The notes: generated by a model from the sequence alone, not told the origin. A DNA stretch of 64,000 bases from Candidatus Bathyarchaeota archaeon (GCA_963806535.1 CAWDYC010000004.1:288001-352000); one strand, 5' to 3'. Positions 45,801 through 56,235 are shown, counted from the first letter of the stretch. Made by a program: numbers and translations.

Positions 45801-48544
45801 CTCAGCTTCAGGAAAAATTCGGCTACAGATTCCATGAATTGGAAACAAATTGGGAAGACATCGTAGCCGTTCTTGAGTGGTCAAAGAAAGTTCAAGCAGC
45901 CTTCATTGACATTCCAGTTCCAGAATCCTTTGCAAATATTGCGGCTCAAGGCCCAACTGTTGCACCATCAAGCATGGAGCTGAACCAAAAAAGCGACGCT
46001 TCAATGAAAGTTCTATCTGATTTTGGAGCACGTTTTGAAGCGGAAATGAAATACCAAAATCAAAAACTAAAAGATTTAGAAATAAAAGCAATTAACGAGC
46101 GAATCCAAGCGCTTCGAGATCGCGTTGATGACTTGCAAGTTTGGATTGACTTTAAAGACATCAAAAACCGCTTTGCCCTTCGAGGCATAGACACGTTCTT
46201 CAACCGTTTGGCTGAGGAGCGAATTGCAGCGGCAGATTTAGGTGACGTTTTCCGCAGAGGAGTCTATCAAGAGTGGATAAACAACCTCTACAATGAAGAT
46301 CCTAAGCTGGGCAAGTTCAGAAGGGAGAATCATGAACAATTAATAGCTGACTTCACAAAACTTGACCAAGACCTCATACGGCTCAGTTCCAGCATGGTTA
46401 TTGAACAGGCGAACAGTCGAAAACCACAGGACATCTTGGTTCAAGCAGCCGACTCAGAAGCGGCCATTCTTCAAAAGGAAGCGGCTAAAAAGAGGCAGCT
46501 GATGCCGATTCGTACTCTTTTGCAAAAGATTCCTAACCTGCTTGTGAAACTGAAACCTTGTCTGTTGATGAGTCCTATAACTGTGAGCCAGTTCCTTCCT
46601 GCAGAAAGCAACAAATTTGACGTGGTCTTGTTTGATGAGGCATCACAAATTGTTCCCGAAGACGCTATCGGCTCAATTTACCGTGGAAAAACCCTGGTTG
46701 TCGCAGGAGATAACAAGCAGCTACCTCCAACATCATTCTTCCAGAAAAACCTAATTGATGATGTTGACTGGGATGAACTAAGCGATGAAGACGTGGAAGT
46801 CTTCGATAGCATACTTGACGAGTGCTTAGGCATCGGTTTGCCCGTCAAAACTTTGAAGTGGCACTACCGCAGCAGACACGAAGAACTAATAGCGTTCTCA
46901 AACCACCGTTTCTACGATGATAGCCTGATAACTTTCCCAGCGGCAAAAGCCCAAACGGACAGTTTAGGAGTAAAACTAGTTTATGTTCCAGGCGGTATTT
47001 ACGACCGCGGCGGCAAAAGAAACAACCCGCTTGAGGCAGAAAAAGTGGTTGACTTAGTTTTCGAGCACTTCCGTAATTACCCAAAGAAAACATTGGGTGT
47101 TGTGACTTTCAGTATAGCCCAAATGGAAACCGTCGAGGACGCCATAGACCGCCGCTTGAAAGAGCATCCTGATTTCGAGCAGTTTTTTAAAGAAGATCGA
47201 TTGGAAGGCTTTTTCGTTAAGAACTTGGAAAACGTTCAAGGTGATGAGCGAGATGTCATTTTCTTCAGCGTTGGCTACGGTTATGACCAAGGAAAACAAA
47301 TGGCAATGAACTTTGGACCCCTAAACAAGCCTGGCGGCGAAAGACGGCTAAATGTCGCAGTCACACGCGCACGTGAAAAAGTAATACTGATTACTTCAAT
47401 TAAAGCTACAGATATTGATCCTGAAACCAAAGCTATTGGCGTACAAACGCTTCGTAGTTATCTTGATTACGCTGAACATGGACCTGAAACATTAGACTCA
47501 GACAAGACAAAAGAGGGCGAGTTCGACTCAGCATTAGATGAAGATGTTGCAGCGGAAATCGAAAAGATGGGCTACGCAGTCGTTCCGCAAGTCGGTTGCA
47601 GCGGTTACAGAATAGATATCGGCGTTTCTGATCCAGTTAATCCCGGATGCTTCCTACTTGGAGTAGAATGTGATGGTGCTACTTACATGTCCAGCAGTAG
47701 TGCACGAGACCGAGATCGCCTGAGAGATCAAGTGCTAAGGCAACTGGGCTGGCGAATTCATCGCATTTGGTCACCCGCTTGGGTTGCAAGACGCGACTCC
47801 GAAATCAGGCGGCTAAAAGATGACCTTGAACAAGCACAACACTTACAGCTTGAAAAAGATGCTCAGAAACCAGTAATCGATGTTAAAGCAGACAACGTTC
47901 CCCAAACAGATATACAGAAAAACCAATTTGGAGGAGTCGAAAAAATTGGAGTACCCTACAAGCTTCAGCCGCTAAAAGCCACTTTTAATCCTTACATAAA
48001 AGTTGCAACCGCCAACAAAACATATGATTCAAGGCAGAAAAACGAGTTTCATTTCCCAGAAAATAGAGAAATTCAAACAAAACTCCTTGCTGATCTTATA
48101 CAAAATGAGGGTCCAGTTCACTTTGACTACGCAGTTGAACGTTTAGCAGCTGCATGGGGCATCAAACAGGTTACACCACAGATTAGTCATGCTGTAAAAG
48201 AAGCGCTCAACAACCTGCTAAGAGAACAAAAAGTTGTAATCAAAGGAAGTTTCCTCTGGCCGCCAGAACTTAAGCAAACCCCAATTCGGGTACCGGTCCA
48301 AGGCATTCCTGAATCCAAACGCAAAGCGGAATACATTGCTCCAGAAGAAGTGGAATCGGCCATGCAATTAGTGGCTAAATACGCCTTAGGCATAAGTCAA
48401 GACTCATTGATTTCTGAGACTGCAAAAGTTTTCGGATTAAACCAGTTAGGACAAGATGCCAAGGCAGTATTCTCTGAAATACTTAAGCGGCTGGTGAGAG
48501 ATAGAAAACTCGTTCTAAAAGACGACGTCGTTACCGCGGCTTAA
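42872..48544 (+). CDS. DUF4011 - SF1 helicase - Vsr-like (MTES_1575) nuclease - DUF3320 protein (Hhe-like)
   Basis: WKSRLIDLSRRNNLL, GPPGTGKSQTIANII, FDEASQ, ENVQGDERD, RRLNVAVTRAR, YRIDIGV..GVECDG..RDRDRLR. Confidence 0.9.
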   Translation: MTQTITSQPMKRVEDWKSRLIDLSRRNNLLYFKKNKRGSIPISQPDPQAIFNALVLKKRHLEFWLPPEETKQPEQPEKILEKTKGKAKAKTAKAKVKASIKETTPEEPKPPTANQLVSGNLTRLELERNLKGLQWRSLLDYRERGVRILYAAFGTINWVDLETKENVTSPLILVPLELTRDSIRQPYTIAVPPVEEEAVLNPALQVKLKNDYKIDLPDLPEEWETQNLADYYNLVNQTVSQMGWKAEQSVDLGLFSFQKLVIYKDLETNAALVTQHPIVKAIAGVKEDNLVLSGLPEEKDVDRIELPPTTYQVLDADSSQRISIQYALHGQSFVMKGPPGTGKSQTIANIIAECIANGKSVLFVSDKMAALEVVYKRLSEVGLAHFCLELHSSKANKQQVVAELKRSLDENLVPRKLPSAHDFEKMTEYREALNGYVTALHEPRSYFQRSAYDVLSLISSLERVPFVPVGLTELGTLTPQKMHELEALVSQLSKVWQVIEEQDFPWLGYRANAYNLEIRSEVLTALENINEKLRELQLEAEDFSAKLGLFPPETFAKIKWLLEVSKFLSESPKPDAYWLTNPDVEKLLNEAKNYYETAVWIKNTRLSLNERYDESLFNLPLNRSTEIKLGLEALNKMLPAVELQESEFLQKQERLLAFIRNTQIISRKWREISQALAPMLGLDSEGLTIQQLKELSRMALLIFAEDKPEPQWFDAKYFEQVQETVTKTKRLYQDHNLLKSRLDETYTDGLFELDFDGLIARYSNDYQGSLKIFNSSYRNDQKQISRVTNNGKVPKTILNDLIDARKVKKMQAQIEESTETVRTLLGHFYHKSKTDFQGAEKAIDLTNEIRKLSWVTTIPENLIRLITNNSNPSPMIKNLGLELQESVEKWEQQTKDFDLLIPLNLPKSTLPITQTSLPILEDWANETEKQLNPLYTLTKETLTTCKQEPQSYKQLLEDLRNAEEIRKKEAAIVGEKAQLQEKFGYRFHELETNWEDIVAVLEWSKKVQAAFIDIPVPESFANIAAQGPTVAPSSMELNQKSDASMKVLSDFGARFEAEMKYQNQKLKDLEIKAINERIQALRDRVDDLQVWIDFKDIKNRFALRGIDTFFNRLAEERIAAADLGDVFRRGVYQEWINNLYNEDPKLGKFRRENHEQLIADFTKLDQDLIRLSSSMVIEQANSRKPQDILVQAADSEAAILQKEAAKKRQLMPIRTLLQKIPNLLVKLKPCLLMSPITVSQFLPAESNKFDVVLFDEASQIVPEDAIGSIYRGKTLVVAGDNKQLPPTSFFQKNLIDDVDWDELSDEDVEVFDSILDECLGIGLPVKTLKWHYRSRHEELIAFSNHRFYDDSLITFPAAKAQTDSLGVKLVYVPGGIYDRGGKRNNPLEAEKVVDLVFEHFRNYPKKTLGVVTFSIAQMETVEDAIDRRLKEHPDFEQFFKEDRLEGFFVKNLENVQGDERDVIFFSVGYGYDQGKQMAMNFGPLNKPGGERRLNVAVTRAREKVILITSIKATDIDPETKAIGVQTLRSYLDYAEHGPETLDSDKTKEGEFDSALDEDVAAEIEKMGYAVVPQVGCSGYRIDIGVSDPVNPGCFLLGVECDGATYMSSSSARDRDRLRDQVLRQLGWRIHRIWSPAWVARRDSEIRRLKDDLEQAQHLQLEKDAQKPVIDVKADNVPQTDIQKNQFGGVEKIGVPYKLQPLKATFNPYIKVATANKTYDSRQKNEFHFPENREIQTKLLADLIQNEGPVHFDYAVERLAAAWGIKQVTPQISHAVKEALNNLLREQKVVIKGSFLWPPELKQTPIRVPVQGIPESKRKAEYIAPEEVESAMQLVAKYALGISQDSLISETAKVFGLNQLGQDAKAVFSEILKRLVRDRKLVLKDDVVTAA

Positions 48545-49227
48545 TCTTTATTTATCTCTTTTATTAGAACTGGCAAATCACTTAATGATGTTATTATGTA
48601 GTTTGCGCCGTTGTTCTTAAGTTGTTCCAACGTTGACATGCCTGTTGGTAAACCAACTGCTATTGCTTTTACTTCTTTGGCACTTTGCATATCAACAATA
48701 CTGTCTCCAACTATTACAGCGGCTTGCGGGCCAACACCCAACGTATTAAGCGCCACTTCAAATTGTTCAGTGCTGGGTTTAACATATGTTACCTTATCTC
48801 TGGGAACAACAACTTGGAAGAACTCCCGAATCTTGAAGCGGTTAATGATGTAATTTACAGCTTTTTCACTACTGGTAGTGCATAAACCTATTTTCAGATT
48901 CATCTGCTTCAACTCCTTTAGAGTTTCGTTGGCTCCCACCTGCAAACTTGTGGTTGAAGCAGCCTCCATCTCATATTTTTCCGCGATGGTCAAAACTTGA
49001 CTGCGAACATCAGCAAAGGTTGACGGGGGTTTACCGTTGTTTTTTAGGTAAATTTCTGCTTTTTTCAGCATTTCAAAAATATTTTCATTAACATCTACGA
49101 GGGAAGTTGGAACACCCATTCTTATGAGGTAACTTCTAACTTCTGAGCGAAGTGTTTTGTAGTCTAAGTTGAAGTTGGCGAGTGTTCCATCTAAATCAAA
49201 GATTACTGCTTCTACTGGCACAATCAT
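48541..49227 (-). CDS. HAD hydrolase, phosphoglycolate phosphatase-like
   Basis: FDLDGTL, VKP, VGDSIVD. Confidence 0.88.
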   Translation of the reverse strand: MIVPVEAVIFDLDGTLANFNLDYKTLRSEVRSYLIRMGVPTSLVDVNENIFEMLKKAEIYLKNNGKPPSTFADVRSQVLTIAEKYEMEAASTTSLQVGANETLKELKQMNLKIGLCTTSSEKAVNYIINRFKIREFFQVVVPRDKVTYVKPSTEQFEVALNTLGVGPQAAVIVGDSIVDMQSAKEVKAIAVGLPTGMSTLEQLKNNGANYIITSLSDLPVLIKEINKD

Positions 49228-49351
49228 AGCTCCATTTTCAGATGTAGATTTGGGTAAACACTAACTCTTACAGAAATATACCTTGTGGTTGCATAGAAGG
49301 ACTAAAAACTCTTTAGCCAGAATACTAATTAAGTGTAATAAGGAAGTAAAT

Positions 49352-49642
49352 GTGTTAACTGCCCTGAACCTCGCCACCTCAATTGCTCCTTGGATTATTT
49401 TCTTAGCTTTTCCATTAGCAATTTTAGTTGGCGGGATCTTGTCCTTTCTTGTTAAGGTAAATAAGGTGCTGATTGGGGATCTCCTATTGTTATTCGGCAT
49501 TGTTGAGACTCTTTTTTTCTCGTTGTTAATCGAGGCCGACTTTCAAATGAGCCATTACATTCCAATCGGTATAGTAAGTGTTACATCAATTGGAATTACA
49601 ACAGTCATAGTTGGAATCATAAGGCTCTATAAATCTAAATGA
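49352..49642 (+). CDS. Small membrane protein, about 3 TM
   Basis: Hydrophobic ORF; start uncertain. Confidence 0.5.
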   Translation: MLTALNLATSIAPWIIFLAFPLAILVGGILSFLVKVNKVLIGDLLLLFGIVETLFFSLLIEADFQMSHYIPIGIVSVTSIGITTVIVGIIRLYKSK

Positions 49643-49659
49643 CATTGGTAGAATTGCGA

Positions 49660-50631
49660 TTAACTTGTTACTATTACTTTTAAGGGCTTTTCCGTTGGAT
49701 TATCAACTATTTGTAATGCTTTTTCAAACTCCTCAAGCTTGAACCTGTGTGTAATTAGCCCTTTCACATCTACCAGTTTTCTAGCAATCAATTCAATGGC
49801 TGCTGGGTACTCAACGGGCGATATGTAAATCGTGAAAAACAATGCTTCATCAGCATCTTCCAAGTTCATGCGACCTTTTGACTCACCCACCAACGCAACT
49901 TTACCTGCTTTCCTCACCAAGAAAGGTGTCTGTTCAACTGTGCGGATTGTTCCTGCTGCCTCGATCACCAAGTCAGAACCTCTCTTTGTTAGCTTTCTAA
50001 CAGTTTTGATTACATCCTCTTTTTTCGCATTTATGATTGCGTCCGAACCATACTTTTCGCTTAGTTCAAGCTTGTAATCTTCAAGGTCTACTGCGATAAC
50101 TCGGCATCCTTTCAGTTGCGCTATTTGAGTCATAAGTAAGCCGATGGGTCCTTGCCCAAGTATGGTTACCCAATCGCCAAGGTTAGGTTTCAGGTAATCT
50201 AAGACACGAAGAGCCAAAGCAACTGGCTCCACTACCGCTGCTTCCTCATCACTGATGCTTTCAGGAATCGGAATTAAGGTTCTTGGTAGCATGGCTTTTG
50301 ATTCTGCAAAGAAGCCGTCACGTGTTAGTCCATAAAATTTACCTCGAACACAATATGTTGGTAATCCTCGGAGACAATAGTAGCAGTGGCCGCAATTCAC
50401 AATAGGCACCATAACGACGCGTTCGCCCGTGTCCTCTCTGATTCCCCAAGCGTCATGACCGATAACCATTCCTTTTTTCATCCATTTCCAATCTCCTCGG
50501 TAGAGATGCATGTCGGTTCCGCAAATGCTTCCAGCCTTAAACTTCACAAGTACTTTTCTACCTGTAACTTTAGGTTCTGAGATTTCTTCAATTTTGATGT
50601 TGTGTGGTCCTCTGTAAACAGCTGCTTTCAA
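49660..50631 (-). CDS. Zn-dependent medium-chain alcohol dehydrogenase
   Basis: ICGTDMH, CGHCYYC..C, GQGPIGL. Confidence 0.9.
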   Translation of the reverse strand: MKAAVYRGPHNIKIEEISEPKVTGRKVLVKFKAGSICGTDMHLYRGDWKWMKKGMVIGHDAWGIREDTGERVVMVPIVNCGHCYYCLRGLPTYCVRGKFYGLTRDGFFAESKAMLPRTLIPIPESISDEEAAVVEPVALALRVLDYLKPNLGDWVTILGQGPIGLLMTQIAQLKGCRVIAVDLEDYKLELSEKYGSDAIINAKKEDVIKTVRKLTKRGSDLVIEAAGTIRTVEQTPFLVRKAGKVALVGESKGRMNLEDADEALFFTIYISPVEYPAAIELIARKLVDVKGLITHRFKLEEFEKALQIVDNPTEKPLKVIVTS

Positions 50632-50740
50632 AAAAGAGTCACTCCAGATAATTCAAAGCTGGAACCGTGAGGTATTAAGTTTATTGTGTGTGGTTGTTTG
50701 CGTTAGGTTAATAACTGTAATAGCGCATGGATGGGTTTGA

Positions 50741-50989
50741 GTGCATATGAATTTAGATGAGTACACTAAGGAGAGGCTTTGGCAGTTACTTGTAGAATCA
50801 GTTCATGCTTCTGTTATGTACCCAACACATAAAGCTTACACCCGTGACACCATTTTGCCGCAGAAAGCTGATGTTTCGGCAATTGAGCTTGCGGAAAGAC
50901 TGGGAATGCCCCTTGGTGAAGCGCTGGTAATTCTCAACGAACTCGTTCAAGAAAGCAAACATCTGCTTGAATGCTTGTTTTTCATTTAA
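50741..50989 (+). CDS. Small hypothetical HTH-like protein
   Basis: VSAIELAERLGMPLGEAL. Confidence 0.55.
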   Translation: MHMNLDEYTKERLWQLLVESVHASVMYPTHKAYTRDTILPQKADVSAIELAERLGMPLGEALVILNELVQESKHLLECLFFI

Positions 50990-51039
50990 CCTCGAATTTT
51001 CTTATTTCAGGCGGTATGATATTTGAAGCGGTTGGCCGC

Positions 51040-51063
51040 CGTTATATTTATATGTGCATATCG
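51040..51063. promoter_or_regulatory. Putative ModE box overlapping the TATA box of the tup operon
   Basis: CGTTATAT-N8-GCATATCG resembles the ModE palindrome; a modE gene follows the operon. Confidence 0.55.
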
Positions 51064-51087
51064 TTCTCTAAAAAACAGGTAAAAGAA

Positions 51088-52513
51088 ATGAATTTCAAGA
51101 AAAATATTGACCATTGCATTAATCGTTATTATTATTGTAGCAATAGGTGTAGCTGCTTACATCTACGAGACAAAACTTAAAGAGCAAGCAATCAACCGAC
51201 TCCAACACCGTCACCAACACCTACGTCATCTTCTTCTCCAAGTCTCTTCGCCATCTCCATCTCCAACCGCACTCACGCAACTTCGTCACCCACAGCAAGC
51301 CCTACCCCTTCCCTTCCCCAACGCCCTCACCATCACCAACTCCAACCCCTACCCCCACAACCTTGAGAGTAGCAACAACCACAAGCCTTTATCAGGCAGG
51401 ATTAGAAGACACACCAGAAGTTCTTGCAAATGGAACGGTATTGAAAGATGACATCAAAGATTCATTCCAAGCCGCAATACCCGTGGATAACAATTAATTT
51501 TGATCCACAAGGAACGGGTTTAGCAATAACAAAAGCTGAATCAGGTACAGACGACATGCTATTGGTTCATTCGCCATCCCAGGAATTACCCGTCTTAAGC
51601 GGCGGTTATGGAGTAGACCGCAAAATCATTGCATACAACTTCTTCATTATCGTTGGACCAGCAAGTGATCCTGCACACGTGGCGCAGATGGTAGACAACG
51701 TAACCAAGCAATGTAGACATCTACAATGCTGCGCAAAACAATCGCTGGACAACCGGCGAATAAGCAGGTTCAATGGTTCTCAAGAAACTGACGCATCAGG
51801 AACAAACACTGCAAAGAAATCTCACTTGGACAGCAGCAGGCTTAATTACACTCAGCTTGTTGCTAATGCTACTTCGCTAATTATTGGTTCAAAGTTACCA
51901 ATACTGGAATGGGACCAACATTGCTGGCAGGCTAACTATTACGGAGTTGGATAGCGCGGATATACCCTGTCGGACACAGGAACTTACTACGCTTACTATG
52001 ATGAGGAGACATAAATCTGCAAATCGCAGATTCAAGCCGCAGCAATCTTTGTTAAACGTCTACAGTGCAATAATTGACAACCCTCAAAACTCCACCCTTA
52101 CAGGTACAAACTTTAATGCTTCATTAGCTTTTGTTAACTGGCTAGTATCTGAGCGCAAGGTCAACAGACGTAATTTCAAATTACGGTGAATCAATCTATG
52201 ACCAAGCACTCTTCAATCCATTTGTACCATTAGCAAGCCAGATCAGCACCAAACGCCACATTGTTGAGTTGGATTCAGAGCTATGCTTACATGTATTTCA
52301 ACTCAACTAGCCAAATCACGCTAGTGCAATTGGAACGGAATGCCCAGCGCATTTAGTATAACGCAGGCAACCTTTACGCGCCCTCATACGATACATTAGT
52401 AGCAAACATCAATGCTAACTCTTTCGATTAAACCAGCCCCAACTACTACGTTACGGATGGAAATCAAATCACACCAACCAAGCCGCACCCACACAAATCA
52501 ATTAGTAAAATAA
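51088..52513 (+). pseudogene. tupA: Tungstate ABC substrate-binding protein, heavily frameshifted (read errors or decay)
   Basis: S/P/T linker, LRVATTTSL, GTGLAI..DDMLLVHSP, YNFFIIVGPASDPA, LLNVYSAI fragments. Confidence 0.75.
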
Positions 52514-52575
52514 ACCGGGAATAATGTTAGGAAAAGCTCAAATTAAAATTTCCCTCACTTTTCTTTGTGATACGC

Positions 52576-53326
52576 ATGGCTGACCTTATTGTCACAGCCT
52601 TTCAGCAAGCAGTCAACCTAATTAGCTAAGCGGCAATCCTGATGTTTACGACATCGTTTATCGATCTATATACGTAGCAGGCTTGGGAACTTTGTTATCT
52701 TGCGTTTGGAGTATTCCAATAGCCGTTGTTTTAGGATTGTATAATTTTAGGGGAAAATGGGTTATAAAAGGCTTTTTCAGCGCGTTAATAGGCATACCAA
52801 CCGTTGCATTAGGGCTTCTATTGTACTTGCTGTTTGTATAGGCAGGGTGAACTTGGCTCTCTTCACCTGCTCTTCACACTGAATGGAATAGCGATTGGTC
52901 AAGCCATATTGGTTACGCCCAATAATAGTTAGTTTTACTGCAAACGCTTTGAGCAATTCCGATAGTCAGCTTCGAGACTTGGCCAAAACACTTGGCGCTT
53001 CAGGATTCAGAACAAATTTAACGTTGATTCGGGAAACGATTTGGTCAATGGTTCTTTCAATCACTGCTGCTTTTAACAGGGGTTTTGGGGAGCTTGGGCA
53101 TAGCAATTATCGTGGGTGGAAGTTTAGTAGGAGAAACGCAGGTTTTGACCACTGCAATCTCTGTTAAATAAACTTCGGCAGATTTGACATCGCTATGGCC
53201 TACGCCATAATCTTAATGGCAATAGTCATCGCATTGGCACTAATAATCAGTCTAATAGAGAGAATAAGAAGCGAAGACAGACCATTAACTAAACTTATGA
53301 TGTGGAGAGGTTTAGGTGGGGGTTAA
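52576..53326 (+). CDS. tupB: Tungstate ABC permease (frameshifted)
   Basis: GIPTVALGLLLY, GQAILVTP, FNRGFGELG fragments. Confidence 0.8.
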
Positions 53327-53329
53327 ACA

Positions 53330-54046
53330 GTGGGTGTAAATCTGCAACTTGTAGACATCAAAAAAAGCTACCGTTCGATTAACGCCTTAAATTCAGCGTC
53401 GCTGGAATTTCAGGGCGGCAAAATAATTGTTCTTTTAGGCGTCAACGGTGCAGGCAAAACAACGCTCATGCGCATAATGGCGGGATTAGAAAGCGCTGAC
53501 AGCGGAGAATTGCTTTTTAACAATCAAAGTATCGATTGTAAAACTTTACGTCAGGTTTCAACATTGGTTTTTCAGAAATCTGTAATGTTTAGCACTAACG
53601 TCTATGACAACCTTGCTTATGGCCTCAGAATTCGAAAAGTTCCAAAAGCTGAAATCAAAAAGAATGTTGCTGAAGCATTACAAGCGGTAAGGCTCTCAGG
53701 TTTTGAAAAACGACGAGCAAAAAAGACTTCAGGAGGTGAACAGCAGCGATTAGCTCTTGCTAGAGCCTTCTTGCTCGACTCACATGTGTTACTTTTGGAT
53801 GAACCGACAGCAAATTTGGATCCAAATAGTGCTGCAATTATTGAAAAGGCAATAGTAAGTAGAAAAAGTTCTGAGCGCATTATCGTCATGTCGACCCATA
53901 ATCTTACCCAGGCACGAAGAATCGCAGATGAGATAGTCCATATTTACAATGGGAACATTGTAGAAGTCGCAGACCCAGCAAATTTCTTTGAAAATCCGAA
54001 AAGTGAAATATCCAGAAAATTTGTTAATGGAGAATTAGATTTTTAG
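53330..54046 (+). CDS. tupC: Tungstate ABC ATPase
   Basis: GVNGAGKTT, SGGEQQR, LLLDEPTANLD; operon context. Confidence 0.85.
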   Translation: MGVNLQLVDIKKSYRSINALNSASLEFQGGKIIVLLGVNGAGKTTLMRIMAGLESADSGELLFNNQSIDCKTLRQVSTLVFQKSVMFSTNVYDNLAYGLRIRKVPKAEIKKNVAEALQAVRLSGFEKRRAKKTSGGEQQRLALARAFLLDSHVLLLDEPTANLDPNSAAIIEKAIVSRKSSERIIVMSTHNLTQARRIADEIVHIYNGNIVEVADPANFFENPKSEISRKFVNGELDF

Positions 54047-54141
54047 TTATGCTATAGTTTTGTGAAACCTTTCTTGGAATTAAAACGGACTTATTTGCTC
54101 CTGATTAGCTTTATATGGTCTTTAACACATAACCTTCTATA

Positions 54142-54699
54142 ATGCTTGCTAACAAGAAACATAAGCTCTCCTGCAAAGTCTGGATAGAATACAAAGACAA
54201 ACCCGTGTTAGGCAAAGGCGGAGCAGAAATTCTGGAAGCTATTGAAAAGGAAAAGTCAATTTCTAAAGCTGCAGAAAGCTTAGGAATGTCTTACCGTTAC
54301 GTTTGGAACTACATTGATGACATTCACAAAACTTTAGAACAATCAATAGTTGAAACACATAAAGGCGGAAAATTCGGCGGCGGTGGAGCAAAACTTACTG
54401 ATTTAGGCAGAAGTTTACTTGCTGAGTACAAACAAGTTGAGAATTATATGGACAAGGTTTTGTCAAGCTCAGGAAAATTGGAGGTGAAAGGTGTGAAATT
54501 AAGTGCAAGGAATCGTTTTAAAGGTAAAGTTGTTTCTGTTGAAAAAGGTGTAATTACAGCCAAAGTTAAGGTTGAAGTAAAAATGCCTATAACCATCACA
54601 GCAGTTATAACGAAGGATGCAGTTGAAGATTTGGACATTAATGTCGGCGATGAAGTCGAAGCTATCGTGAAGTCAACAGAAGTAATCATCGGCAAATAA
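54142..54699 (+). CDS. modE: ModE-type regulator (wHTH + TOBE/Mop)
   Basis: SISKAAESLGMSYR, GGGGAKLT, LSARNRFKGKV. Confidence 0.9.
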   Translation: MLANKKHKLSCKVWIEYKDKPVLGKGGAEILEAIEKEKSISKAAESLGMSYRYVWNYIDDIHKTLEQSIVETHKGGKFGGGGAKLTDLGRSLLAEYKQVENYMDKVLSSSGKLEVKGVKLSARNRFKGKVVSVEKGVITAKVKVEVKMPITITAVITKDAVEDLDINVGDEVEAIVKSTEVIIGK

Positions 54700-54852
54700 T
54701 TTTTTTTTACAGTCAATCTTCAAAATAATAATTGATTTAGCAGTCGATACCCGTTAGGGGCATCTTTTTTTTTATCAAAAATCATTAAACAAATAGTAGA
54801 CCCATATCCAATACAGAAGGGGTAACGGCTGAGAAATAAGAGCGTTCAGCGC

Positions 54853-55404
54853 TTACTCTACAACGTATCTATAAGTAACATGTTCGCCGGCAGTTGCGCT
54901 TTTCCTCGTGATTTTCAATATGTCGCCTGGTTTTGCGCCGATGACTTTGACTGCTGGGTCGCCTGATTTTATCTGTGGCATTTGGTAAGGTTTAACTTTG
55001 AATTGGGCAAGAAGCTGATTTTTTTCTTTTTCAGGTAGAATTTCGTGGAATGGAACAAGTGCGTGTTCAAAAATGTCGAAAACAGGGAACGATTTCGGAA
55101 GTAATTCAACTTGTTTCTTCTTTGCGCCTAGTTTAACCGCATGTGTGTAGCGTCCTTCGGTTACTACGATTGCGCGGTCGATTTCTTTTTCTTTCATCAC
55201 TTTGTAAAGAGTGTTCATAGCCGCGATGCCGACGGTTGCTTCACCGAGAATGCACCAGATGAGCGCTTTCTCTTTGTCCTGTGGAATGTCAATTATGTAG
55301 CCGACTGCGCCTTCAGATTTTTCTTTCGAAATTAACTTGTATTTTCTCAGTTTTATTAGGACTTCAGCTTTGCGTTCTTCGATTGTTTCAATATTAGCGC
55401 TCAA
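54853..55404 (-). CDS. rpoH: RNA polymerase subunit H/Rpo5 with RPB5-like N-terminal extension
   Basis: C-terminal HALVPFHEIL..MPQIKSGDPAV..GAKPGDILKITRKSATAGEHVTYRYVV plus ~105 extra N-terminal residues. Confidence 0.9.
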   Translation of the reverse strand: MSANIETIEERKAEVLIKLRKYKLISKEKSEGAVGYIIDIPQDKEKALIWCILGEATVGIAAMNTLYKVMKEKEIDRAIVVTEGRYTHAVKLGAKKKQVELLPKSFPVFDIFEHALVPFHEILPEKEKNQLLAQFKVKPYQMPQIKSGDPAVKVIGAKPGDILKITRKSATAGEHVTYRYVVE

Positions 55405-55577
55405 ACTATAAACCTCAAAGTTGGAATACGCGAAATCATAAGAAACTATTGCCCTTAAACTTTTCCCCTTAAAAAGGCTACCTTGATAACGTTACTGCCC
55501 CAGAGGATAATTGATAGTACTTAACTTATATTAGATCAACAACAAACCCATTTCTGTTAACAAACGGAAGCACCATT

Positions 55578-56196
55578 ATGGCTGAAGGGAAATAACGGTC
55601 AACACCTACATCTCGCATAGAATCTCTATCTGACCTCATTTTCGGTTTAGCTCTCCATAGGCGCCCTCACTTTAATTGGGCAGCCTCCGAGCGATTTTGG
55701 GCAACTGCTTCAATCCTTATTATTTTATGCGTTTAGCTTTCTGATATTAATCAGCGTTTGGTATGCGTACACACGTACAATGTCTGAGTTGCGTATTGAG
55801 ACAGGCCGATTGGTCAAGCTAAATATTTTGCTACTTTTCTTAGTTTTCGTAGAACCTTTCCTTTTCAATCAGTTAAACAGTAGTTCTCCATTAGTCGAGA
55901 ACGTGTCAATATTGTACGCTCTTGATCTAGGCGGACTATTCGTCATACAAGCACTCCTTGCCAACCGTATTTTATCGGATAAAACCCGACCAGACTCGAT
56001 AATTCAAGCATACAAGCTTCGAAGAAAACACAATGATAATCAGTTCTGCTTTCTTCTTTATTTCCGTCTTGCCATTCTTCTGGTCTTTGAGCTTACAGGT
56101 AAGCGCGGCAGGTATACCTTTAAGAATACTCTTGTGGATAATTCCAATGTTTTTGCCAAGCATTCGACGGTTATGGGAGCGAAAATTAAACAGTAG
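55578..56196 (+). CDS. TMEM175-family (DUF1211) potassium channel, frameshifted
   Basis: RIESLSDLIFGLAL signature upstream of the called ORF. Confidence 0.7.
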
Positions 56197-56235
56197 GCAG
56201 TAACCATTGAGATTAGGTAATCAGGCGTATTAAAT

